A DNA stretch of 64,000 nucleotides from a bacterium (lineage in GTDB: Bacteria; UBA10199; 2-02-FULL-44-16; JAAZCA01): the NCBI GenBank assembly GCA_041648665.1, contig JBAZOP010000002.1, positions 50,262-114,261 of the forward strand. The letters run 5' to 3'. A model generated the notes under the pieces. It searched no databases. It worked only from the letters and a program-made list of their open reading frames with translations, and had not been told where the DNA came from. Numbering within the stretch: the stretch's first letter is position 1; each line of letters begins with the position of its first letter. The translations under genes and the position numbers were made by a program. Shown here in pieces: positions 51,564-59,166 of this stretch.

Positions 51564-52609
51564 CTACCTTCGCCTGCGCGCATGCCGCCGCGCGGATGCC
51601 GCCTGCTGCTCCGCCTGGGAGCGCCGCGACTCTTCGAGGCGCCCCTTCTGCTCCACGAACCGCTTGCGGCGGCTGTATGGCATGCCCATGATGCTGTCGT
51701 AGGTGCCACCTTGCAGCTCCATGAGGAAGAACACCTCGCTCTCCTGCGCCGCTAGGGCGCCGAGGGGAAGAAAAAACTGGGCTGCCCCAGGTTCAAGTCG
51801 TCCCGCCACTCATGCTGACACGACGGACACGCAAAGTCTACTACCGTGTCCACGTGGCCTTCGTACTGCTCGAAGAGGGCCCGGATCTCGTTGCGGTCCC
51901 GCGTGGGGAGCCCCTTCAGGCACGCCATGGCCTCCTTGTGCTTCCGATCGCGCTCGACGGGCACGCCGTCGATGGCCTCCACGCGCGTCAGCAGCCCCAG
52001 CGTCAGCGTGTCCTCCTTGCGCTTGCCCTTCGCGCTCAGCCACTCCTCGTCCGCCGCGGTCATGACGTGCCAGCGCACCACGCGCCCGGAGGACAGCGTG
52101 TGCTCCCACACCCGCTGCGTCCGATCCTGCATCGGCCGGATCTCGACCTGCGCGAGGTCCAGCGTGTAGCGCACCTCGTCGCGGCATTCCGGGCTGGGGC
52201 ACTGCACCTTGACCTCGTACTGGTCGCCCAGTGACACGCGCCGGATGGCCAGGAGGGCCACCATGCGATCGCTGGCCGTCAGCGCCGCCACCGCTGCGTT
52301 GAGCGCCGCCCGATCATCGATGTTGCCAAGCCGGTGCGTGCAGTTCAGGATGATCTGGTTGAGCCGCTGAAGCACCGGGCCCTTCGCCGTCAGCAGGTCC
52401 TCCTCGTACCCCGTCATCTCGCCCACCACCAGCTCGCTGTGCACGCTCCCCTCCCGGTCCAGGTAGCCGCACGGCAGCTCCACCGTCAGCACGGTGGGGC
52501 GGATATCGGACCGATCCCAGTCCTGCTGCACCGCTGCCAGCTTCTCCTTGGTCGGCACGATCGGCGCCTCCGGCGCCCCCTGCTCGCCCTTCTGATCCTG
52601 ATCCGTCAT
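51564..52609 (-). CDS. tail assembly chaperone frameshift fusion product (GT-like, via -1 PRF)
   Basis: A -1 slip at T_TTT_TTC joins the 285-aa frame to FFLPLGALAAQESEVFF...RRHARRRR*, which ends 34 nt before the TMP start. Confidence 0.45.
51752..52609 (-). CDS. tail assembly chaperone (G-like, 285 aa, with CxxC...CxxC zinc ribbon)
   Basis: Ends ...QPSFFFPSAP* at the slippery site. Overlaps the -1 frame ORF 51564..51809. Confidence 0.5.
   Translation of the reverse strand: MTDQDQKGEQGAPEAPIVPTKEKLAAVQQDWDRSDIRPTVLTVELPCGYLDREGSVHSELVVGEMTGYEEDLLTAKGPVLQRLNQIILNCTHRLGNIDDRAALNAAVAALTASDRMVALLAIRRVSLGDQYEVKVQCPSPECRDEVRYTLDLAQVEIRPMQDRTQRVWEHTLSSGRVVRWHVMTAADEEWLSAKGKRKEDTLTLGLLTRVEAIDGVPVERDRKHKEAMACLKGLPTRDRNEIRALFEQYEGHVDTVVDFACPSCQHEWRDDLNLGQPSFFFPSAP
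51770..51776 (-). promoter_or_regulatory. -1 programmed ribosomal frameshift slippery heptamer T_TTT_TTC
   Basis: Minus strand CCC AGT TTT TTC TTC. The zero frame stops 8 codons later and the -1 frame continues for 70 codons. Confidence 0.55.
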
Positions 52610-52803
52610 TGCTCTTGCACCTTTCTATGTGCCCGCTGCGCATCCAGCGACAGCAGCTCTGCTTCGGCGCGGCGCTCCTGCCGCACCCAGCCGACGATCA
52701 ACTCGCGCACCACGTCCGAGAGCGACCGCCCCAGGCGATCCGCGCGATCCCGGAACTCCACCAGCACGTCCTCTTGGATTTCCATATTGAGCCTCGACAT
52801 GCT
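52606..52803 (-). CDS. ribbon-helix-helix (CopG/Arc-like) protein heading the tail operon
   Basis: MSRLNMEIQEDVLVEFRDRADRLGRSLSDVVRELIVGWV. SD GGAGGTAGC. ATGA overlap with the chaperone gene. Confidence 0.55.
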   Translation of the reverse strand, partial: SMSRLNMEIQEDVLVEFRDRADRLGRSLSDVVRELIVGWVRQERRAEAELLSLDAQRAHRKVQEQ

Positions 52804-52814
52804 ACCTCCTGCGC

Positions 52815-52848
52815 ACAGTCTACGCATGATCTGCGCACGCGGTCAACC
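52815..52848 (-). promoter_or_regulatory. promoter, TTGACC, 18 nt, TAGACT, with flanking TGCGCA...TGTGCGCA inverted repeat (possible RHH operator)
   Basis: GGTTGACCGCGTGCGCAGATCATGCGTAGACTGTGCGCAGGAGG on the minus strand. Confidence 0.4.
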
Positions 52849-52876
52849 ATCCGGCCCCAAAAAAGTGCAGGCATAG

Positions 52877-52906
52877 GGTTGACAAACGCAATGGAGGCAT
52901 TATTAT
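52877..52906 (+). promoter_or_regulatory. plus-strand promoter, TTGACA, 16 nt, TATTAT (conserved motif family, only plus-oriented copy)
   Basis: GGTTGACAAACGCAATGGAGGCATTATTATAG. Diverges from the RHH/tail promoter. Confidence 0.5.
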
Positions 52907-52954
52907 AGTCCCAAGATGCCGGGCGCTAAGCCCAGGCCAACCGAGGAGGATCCA

Positions 52955-53092
52955 ATGAAGATCGAACGCATCCGACGCCGGGTCATGCAGATCACCTACG
53001 ACGGCCGCTCCCCGGAGATGGAGGCCCGGGCCAGCGCGCTCGCGCTCGCGCTGGGCGCGCGCGGCTACACCGTGACGCTGGTGAAAGCGTAG
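52955..53092 (+). CDS. small protein (45 aa)
   Basis: Hand-translated MKIERIRRRVMQITYDGRSPEMEARASALALALGARGYTVTLVKA with SD GAGGAGG. Below the ORF-track size cutoff. Confidence 0.4.
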   Translation: MKIERIRRRVMQITYDGRSPEMEARASALALALGARGYTVTLVKA

Positions 53093-53169
53093 GGAACTGG
53101 ACGCGCACACGTGTGCGCATGATCGTGCCCACAACGGTGCCACGCACCGTTCAACCAGGAGGAGAAGCC

Positions 53170-53958
53170 ATGAACGAGACCGAGACCCCCAAGACGATCG
53201 ACGGGCTGATCGTGGAGCTGCAGGAGGCCGAGGAGCGCCGCGACGACGCCCTGGCCGACTACGGCCGCGTGCTCCAGGAGAAGCTGGCGCTGGAGGCGAC
53301 CTGCGAGACCCTGCAGGTGCTCGTGGCCTCCGCCGAGGGGGCCGCCACGGGGTACAAGGCCGCGGTCGCCGACCTCGCGGCCCGGCTCCAGCTGGCCGAG
53401 GCCGAGCGCGACGCGCGCGCCCTGGACGAGGAGTGGCGGGCCAAGCGCATCGAGATCCAGAAGCTCCGCGACAAGTGCGAGCAGATGCGCAAGAACCTGA
53501 TCGCCGTGGACGCCCGGGCGGACGAGCGGTACGAGGCGCGCGTCGTCGAGATCTGCGCCGAGCGCGACCGGGCCATCGCCGCCGCCCAGGCCGACGCAGC
53601 TGCCCAGATCGCCACCGCGGAGGCCGGCGTCGCGGAGCGCATCGCCACGATCCGGGCCGAGGCCGCCCAGACCATCACCGAGCGCTGCGCCCAGTCCGAT
53701 GCCGCCGCGCGGCTGGCCACGGTCGCGCACGGGGAGGCCGACGCCCGGGCCGCCGCCGCCACGCAGCGGGCCGAGATCGCGGAGCGCAACCTGGCCATGG
53801 TCCGCCAGGCCAACGTCCACCGGGTCGATGCCCTTCGGGACGCGGTGGCCCTGACGTTCGCCTGGGAGCGGCGCGACACGCGAAAGGTCAAGTCGGCGGA
53901 CGACCTGATGCAGCAGCTCCAGAAGACGCTGTACCAGGCGATCGCCGTGGCGCGGTAG
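53170..53958 (+). CDS. coiled-coil protein (263 aa)
   Basis: Start MNETETPK with SD AGGAGGAG. The palindrome GCGCACACGTGTGCGC lies about 50 nt upstream. Ala/Glu/Arg-rich heptad-like sequence. Confidence 0.5.
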   Translation: MNETETPKTIDGLIVELQEAEERRDDALADYGRVLQEKLALEATCETLQVLVASAEGAATGYKAAVADLAARLQLAEAERDARALDEEWRAKRIEIQKLRDKCEQMRKNLIAVDARADERYEARVVEICAERDRAIAAAQADAAAQIATAEAGVAERIATIRAEAAQTITERCAQSDAAARLATVAHGEADARAAAATQRAEIAERNLAMVRQANVHRVDALRDAVALTFAWERRDTRKVKSADDLMQQLQKTLYQAIAVAR

Positions 53959-54029
53959 GTGCGGAGGATCCCCCCTCCCCCTGGGCAGAACCTGCGAGGT
54001 CCGGCATGGCCGGGCGAAGGAGAAGAAAG

Positions 54030-54251
54030 ATGGACCGCAGCGACTTGGGAACCGACACGACCCTGGTGATCAACCTCGACGCCGAGATCTGGGCGGCCTG
54101 CCCCGACGAGCCCCTCAGCGCGGCCCCCCCGCTGCGCCTGGCGCCCGACCTGCGCTGGCGCGACCTCTACGACGAGGACGAGCCGGGATGCCTGTTCGAC
54201 CGCTACCCGCGCACCGGCCGGGCCCGCAGCCGCCGGCGGCACGCCGCGTAA
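54030..54251 (+). CDS. hypothetical small protein (73 aa)
   Basis: Strong SD GGCGAAGGAGAAGAAAG before ATG (MDRSDLG). Confidence 0.45.
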   Translation: MDRSDLGTDTTLVINLDAEIWAACPDEPLSAAPPLRLAPDLRWRDLYDEDEPGCLFDRYPRTGRARSRRRHAA

Positions 54252-54254
54252 CCA

Positions 54255-54659
54255 CTACTGCGCAGGAGACAGCACGGGATCGGCGGCTGGATCGACGGTG
54301 GGATCGGGGGCGGGCCCGGGCGCCTCCTCGGCCTGGGCCATGCCCCGCAGGGCGGTCCGCACGGACGCGGCGCTGGCGCCGCTCACCTTGCCGCCCACCC
54401 GCTGGAGGCAGTTCACGATCACGGGGTAGAGCGCCTGCCGCAGCTCCGCCAGGACGGCCCCCGCGTCCCCCTCCTTGCCCACCACGGCCTGGAGGCGGGG
54501 CTTGACCTGGCTCCCTCCCAGCAGCGCCTCCAGGAGGCGCTCCACCTCCGCCTGGCTGGTGCGGAACGCGGGCGCGCCCTCCTCCAAGGACTCCTGGCGG
54601 GGCTCCCGAGTGGACTCCCGCATGAGCTGCCGCAACTGCCGTGCCTTCTCCGTCAACAT
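54255..54659 (-). CDS. hypothetical protein
   Basis: 134-aa ORF. Confidence 0.4.
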   Translation of the reverse strand: MLTEKARQLRQLMRESTREPRQESLEEGAPAFRTSQAEVERLLEALLGGSQVKPRLQAVVGKEGDAGAVLAELRQALYPVIVNCLQRVGGKVSGASAASVRTALRGMAQAEEAPGPAPDPTVDPAADPVLSPAQ

Positions 54660-54681
54660 CGTCGCACCGTCCTTTCGTTCA

Positions 54682-55425
54682 CTAGCTGCGGGCCGCGCCC
54701 TTCAGCTCGCGCGCGCCCTTGGAGAGCACCCCTGCCGACACCGTGGCCCCGGCCGCCGCCAGCGCCTTGGCCACCAGCGCCTCCAGCGGGCCCTGGATCA
54801 TGCCCGCGAACATCTGCGCCTGCCCCTCGTCGTCGAAGGTCCGGGTGAGCAGCACCTCCAGCTTGGGCGCCCCCAGCATGGCCTCCGCCATCCGCCCCAC
54901 GACGCCCGCGCTGACCGCCTCGTCCACGCCATCCAGCTCGCGCAGGATGTCCTCGAAGCGAACCCCCATTGGGGCGCGCGCCGGAGCGGATGGCGCAGCA
55001 GCACCGGGCCTCTGGGCAACTGTCTTCTTCTCTGCCTTCCTCTTTTTCTCCCGAGCCTTGTTCACTTTGAGCAAGGTATTTTTTTGCCCCCGTTCAAAGT
55101 GACCGACCACACTGGCCTTCACACACTTCCCGAAGACCATCTTCATTCCAGGCGGACACCCGCGCCCCAGCGCCTCGTCCATCTCCTCCTGCGTCGCCCC
55201 CGGAGCCGCCCCCTTGGCCCGGGCGATCTTGGCGCACAGCGCCTCCGGGTCGTCCACGCCGCCCTTACAGCGCATAAACTCGACGCAGCTCTGGAAGCGC
55301 TCCCCCTTCTCCCCCTTGAACCGGCCCGTCTCCGAGTCGATGTACTTGGCCTTGCACGGCTCGTCGGCCTCGGCCATCAGCACTTCCACCTCGACCTGCT
55401 CCAGGATCTCTCGCATGCTTCCCAT
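54682..55425 (-). CDS. Lys/Ala-rich protein (paralogue of 58320..59156)
   Basis: Shares PG(M/T)KMVFGK(C/I)VK and an acidic N-terminus (VEVLMAEADE vs ALALLMEADGD). Confidence 0.45.
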   Translation of the reverse strand: MGSMREILEQVEVEVLMAEADEPCKAKYIDSETGRFKGEKGERFQSCVEFMRCKGGVDDPEALCAKIARAKGAAPGATQEEMDEALGRGCPPGMKMVFGKCVKASVVGHFERGQKNTLLKVNKAREKKRKAEKKTVAQRPGAAAPSAPARAPMGVRFEDILRELDGVDEAVSAGVVGRMAEAMLGAPKLEVLLTRTFDDEGQAQMFAGMIQGPLEALVAKALAAAGATVSAGVLSKGARELKGAARS

Positions 55426-55590
55426 GATCCATTCCTCCAGATCCCTACGGGGATCCCGTAGGCGAAACCGCGGGCAGCGGCGCGCCGGTGCTCACCGACA
55501 CGGGCAGCGGGACAATCCCGCTGGTCTGACGTAAGCGCGGGTCCCGCCGACGGCGCCGACGTTTTCCCTGCTGCATGTCCACGATACCCT

Positions 55591-55941
55591 TCACCGACCT
55601 CGCTCCCGTGGCCGCAGGGCCACCTCCGCTCCGCGATCCGTGCGCTGCGCATCCGCGCGATCAACATCTTCCACCATCGCGAAGATCTTGGCAAGCTGCT
55701 GGGCTACCATCATGGCGTGGCGCCCCTCGATCTGCATCGTGATCGCCATGGGTCCCGCCGGCGTGGGGCGCGCTGCAAACCTATAACTGGACACCAGCCG
55801 CCCCCGCACCGCGCGCTCCCCACGCATGCGCAGGAAGCTCAGCAACCGGCTCTCCGTGCGCGTGAGGGCGCGCTCCTTTGCTGCCGCGACCGGGGGAACC
55901 TCGTCCAGGAGCGCCCGCAGGCGCTCGCTCTCGCGGGCCAT
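55591..55941 (-). CDS. hypothetical protein
   Basis: Start MARESERL, 2 nt after the amidase stop. Confidence 0.35.
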   Translation of the reverse strand: MARESERLRALLDEVPPVAAAKERALTRTESRLLSFLRMRGERAVRGRLVSSYRFAARPTPAGPMAITMQIEGRHAMMVAQQLAKIFAMVEDVDRADAQRTDRGAEVALRPRERGR

Positions 55942-55943
55942 GC

Positions 55944-56624
55944 TCACGGGATCGCATCCATGAGATGGTCCAGCAGGTAGCGGCCATCTGCATGCCCAGC
56001 GAAGTCGCGGTGCGCCACGATGCCAGGGCCCGGCTTCGCGGACCACCCCAGTGGGGGCTTGCGCCACCCCCGGATCCGCGGCTGGGGCGCCCCCAGGTCG
56101 CGCGTGGGGAACACCACGGGGATCCCCAGGTGGTCGCACAGCCAGGGCACCAGGACCACCGTCACCGCCAGCTGGATCGGCAGCGGAGTCACGTAGAGGC
56201 GCTTGGCCCCCTTGGGCACCCAGCACCACCACGGCGCCGACACGATGATGCCGTGCGGCTCCCGCGCCAGCTCCGGCCGGTACGGGTTCACCACCTCCAG
56301 GCCCACCGACACCTTGTTGACCTGCCCCGCGTGCCAGCACACCTCCGTCGCCAAGTCCGCGTGGTTGTGGATCACGCCGTCCTTCCCCAGCACGAGGTGG
56401 ATGCCCAGCTTGCGGCGCCGGATCGTGTCCGCGCAGCCCGTCGCCGAGTTGCCCGCCGTCTCGTGCAGCACGAAGGTGGTCAGCAGCTTCAGGCGCTCGG
56501 CGTTGGCCAGGTGCGGCTCGCCGTCGTCCTTCCAGTTGCGCGCCGTGCCCCCCGCCTCCAGCACGATCCGTGGCAGCGGCAAGCGCTCGCCACGCACGAT
56601 GAGGTTGTTCGATGGCTCGCTCAA
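55944..56624 (-). CDS. N-acetylmuramoyl-L-alanine amidase (Amidase_2/PGRP-type endolysin)
   Basis: FVLHETAGNS...GIHLVLGKDGVIHNHADLATEVCWHAG...NKVSVGLEVVNPY...IVAHRDFA. TTG start with SD GGAGGTG. Confidence 0.7.
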   Translation of the reverse strand: MSEPSNNLIVRGERLPLPRIVLEAGGTARNWKDDGEPHLANAERLKLLTTFVLHETAGNSATGCADTIRRRKLGIHLVLGKDGVIHNHADLATEVCWHAGQVNKVSVGLEVVNPYRPELAREPHGIIVSAPWWCWVPKGAKRLYVTPLPIQLAVTVVLVPWLCDHLGIPVVFPTRDLGAPQPRIRGWRKPPLGWSAKPGPGIVAHRDFAGHADGRYLLDHLMDAIP

Positions 56625-57052
56625 ATGACACCTCCTGCCTTCCGGATGCGCCGGAACGCCCGGACCATGGACCGCAGCGGCACGCTGCCCTCCGCCGTCC
56701 ACTGGACCGCCGTCAGGACCATGCCCACGCCCACGAGGTCGGCATCCTCGGGCGCCTCCACGGCCCCGAGCTTCCCCTCCTTCTCGAACCAGAATCCGTA
56801 GGCGTCCCGCGTCCAACGCACGGTCGCCGTTGCGGGCCCCGCCGGATCGTGGGGCACCAGGACGACCACGCGCAGGTCGCCCACCTCCTTGCCCTTGGGC
56901 CCCCGCAGGCGCGAGGCGAAGCGCGCCGTCGCCCGGGCCACCCCGTCGGACGGCCGCTGTGGCAGGCGCGCCCGGGCCGCCAGGCGGCGGTCGAAGATCG
57001 CCTCCATGATGCGGTCAAGAATGCCCGCCGCTACTGCCGTCCGCGCATCCAC
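56621..57052 (-). CDS. hypothetical protein
   Basis: 143-aa ORF overlapping the amidase start. Confidence 0.4.
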   Translation of the reverse strand: MDARTAVAAGILDRIMEAIFDRRLAARARLPQRPSDGVARATARFASRLRGPKGKEVGDLRVVVLVPHDPAGPATATVRWTRDAYGFWFEKEGKLGAVEAPEDADLVGVGMVLTAVQWTAEGSVPLRSMVRAFRRIRKAGGVI

Positions 57053-57053
57053 G

Positions 57054-57359
57054 TCAGATCTTCCCGGCCTTGCGCTTCGCGCTCAGCTCCCGCCGCAGCC
57101 CCTCCGGACTGGTGTCCTTCTTCCGGGCCTTCTTCATGGCCTTCGGCATGCCAAGTGGCTCCCCGCCGTCGTCCGGGAAGAAGATCTCGCTGCCGTTCAC
57201 CGTGCGCCAGTGCCCCTTCTTGCCCTGGAACTCCCACGTGTCGTCGCCGACCTTCTTGGAGACCGTCCTGCGCTTGGCCTTCCGCAGCGCATTCCAGAGC
57301 TTCTCCGCGCCCCCCGCCTCCTCCAGCGCCTCGAACACCTGCTCCATCGTCACCGACAT
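57054..57359 (-). CDS. hypothetical basic protein
   Basis: 101-aa ORF. Confidence 0.4.
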   Translation of the reverse strand: MSVTMEQVFEALEEAGGAEKLWNALRKAKRRTVSKKVGDDTWEFQGKKGHWRTVNGSEIFFPDDGGEPLGMPKAMKKARKKDTSPEGLRRELSAKRKAGKI

Positions 57360-57363
57360 GGCA

Positions 57364-58278
57364 TCACCCTGCTTTCCAGGAGGCGAAGAGCTTCTGGGCC
57401 TGCTTCAGCATGGCCTCCAGCGCGTCCACCTCCTCGTCGTGCTGCTTGTTCAGCTCCTCGCGCTCGCGCTTGTCCTTGGCATCCATCGGCGTCCCAGCCC
57501 CGTAGATGCGCGCCCGCAGATGCTGGATCTCCTGCCAGTGCCGCTGCAGCTCGGACAGCGCAAGCGAGAACCGCGCCCCCTCCCGGCTCTCCTCCATCAG
57601 CGCCCGCTTGGGATCGGCCGCCGCCGCCTCTGGGATCGTCACGCGCACGGTCTTCCCCGCGCTGTGCTTCACCGGGTAGGTCGGCACCCGGCCCGAGTTG
57701 CTGAACCACGCCCGCACGCCGTCCAGCAACGCCTGGGCCTTGTCCTCCAGCGCGTGCATGGCAGCCTCGTGCTGCTTCCAGTTCTTTTTGGCCTCCTGCA
57801 GCGCGACCTCCTTCCACGCATCGCCCAACCCATTCACGATGCTAGCCAGTGCGGCCTGGGACCCGTGCGACGCTTCTGGCGCTGGCACGCCAGCCAGCGA
57901 TGCCAGATCCTTGGCGATCCACTTGCCGTCCCGCGCGCTGTCAAGCACCCTTCGAACAGCCCGGTCGATCTTGAACTTGTCGATGGGCTTGTCAGACGGA
58001 AGCTCGTCGATCACGGCATCCGCGAAGTGGCGGCCGCCCTTCCCATCCAGGAACTCCCGGATGGCCTTGGATGGGATGCCCTGATACTTCTGCACGAACA
58101 CCCGGAACGCTCCGTTCCACGCCTCATCCGGAGGTACAGATCCAGACGGAGCGTCTGATAGTCTGCTCGACATTGTCCCGAAGAACCCCCACGACGTGTT
58201 CTCCGTGGGCAACACCTGCCCCTGCCGCTTCCCTACCGCTTCGCAGATCTGCTGCCCCAGCTGCCGCAACGTTCCCAT
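57364..58278 (-). CDS. hypothetical protein
   Basis: Start taken at MGTLRQLGQQ with SD AAAAAGGAGAAG. The track start is a GTG inside the palindrome. Confidence 0.45.
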   Translation of the reverse strand: MGTLRQLGQQICEAVGKRQGQVLPTENTSWGFFGTMSSRLSDAPSGSVPPDEAWNGAFRVFVQKYQGIPSKAIREFLDGKGGRHFADAVIDELPSDKPIDKFKIDRAVRRVLDSARDGKWIAKDLASLAGVPAPEASHGSQAALASIVNGLGDAWKEVALQEAKKNWKQHEAAMHALEDKAQALLDGVRAWFSNSGRVPTYPVKHSAGKTVRVTIPEAAAADPKRALMEESREGARFSLALSELQRHWQEIQHLRARIYGAGTPMDAKDKREREELNKQHDEEVDALEAMLKQAQKLFASWKAG

Positions 58279-58319
58279 CAGCTTCTCCTTTTTCTCAGCG
58301 AACACGTGTTCGCCATCTA

Positions 58320-59156
58320 CTACGCGCGCTCCTCCAGCACACGGAACACGTCCTCCATCGACTCCTTGCGGACCCGCGCCTTCCCCTTGCTCCTCCCCTT
58401 GGGCGCCGCCCCGCGCTTGGGCGCCACGGCCGGCGCACCCTTCTTCTTGCCCGGGGCCGCCCCCTTCTTAGCGGGGGCCTTCCGGGCGCCCTTCGCGGGC
58501 GCCGCAGCGGCCTGGGGAGCCCGCTTCTTGGCCGGCGCCTTCGCCGCGCCGCCCGGGCCGTACGACGCCGCCCGGGCTCCCTTGCCCGCTCGCTCCTGCG
58601 CGCGCGCGGCCTGCCCGGACGCGAACGCGTGCGTCTCGCCTGCCCGGGACGCCGCTTGGTAGGTCCCCTTGGCCGCCGCGTAGGACGCCTTGCCAGCGGC
58701 CCGCCCCTTCACGTCGCGCACCTTCTTGGCCGCCTGCCGGGCCTGCTTGCCCGCCTGTGTGAAGCGGAAGCTGTGCGCCTGCACCCCCCGCTTGGCCGTG
58801 ACGGCCGCCTTGCCCACGGCCTTGGCCGCGCCCGCGACCCCCTTGCCCACCTTCACGATCTTGCCGAAGACCATCTTGGTCCCGGGCGGCAGCTTCTTCT
58901 TGACGGCCGCCGCCTTGCCCTTGAGCCAGCTGCCCAGCCCCTCCAGCGCCAGCTCCTGCTGCGCCGTCAGCGGGCCATCCGCAGCCGCCTCCAGCAGGTC
59001 CGCCAGGAAGTCCAGCCGATCCGCGTCCGCCTCCTCGAAGAGATCTGCCAGCATGTCGCCGTCCGCCTCCATGAGGAGCGCCAGCGCCTCCTCCCCCTCG
59101 ACCTCGAACAGCGGCCCCCCCTCGATTCCCTCAAACACGTCCTGCATCGTCCTCAT
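58320..59156 (-). CDS. histone H1-like Lys/Ala/Pro-rich protein
   Basis: AKAPAKKRAPQAAAAPAKGARKAPAKKGAAPGKKKGAPAVAPKRGAAPKGRSKGKARVRK. Acidic N-terminal domain. Paralogue of 54682..55425. Confidence 0.45.
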   Translation of the reverse strand: MRTMQDVFEGIEGGPLFEVEGEEALALLMEADGDMLADLFEEADADRLDFLADLLEAAADGPLTAQQELALEGLGSWLKGKAAAVKKKLPPGTKMVFGKIVKVGKGVAGAAKAVGKAAVTAKRGVQAHSFRFTQAGKQARQAAKKVRDVKGRAAGKASYAAAKGTYQAASRAGETHAFASGQAARAQERAGKGARAASYGPGGAAKAPAKKRAPQAAAAPAKGARKAPAKKGAAPGKKKGAPAVAPKRGAAPKGRSKGKARVRKESMEDVFRVLEERA

Positions 59157-59166
59157 GGCGACCCTC

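Noticed and set aside
55878-56801. 307-aa plus-strand ORF
   Set aside because: Antisense to the amidase, which has a clear Amidase_2 signature.
7450-58313. Palindrome copies considered as CRISPR repeats or an att site family
   Set aside because: Copies are 1-15 kb apart with no regular spacer architecture, and each is a perfect dyad. This fits terminator or operator elements, not CRISPR.
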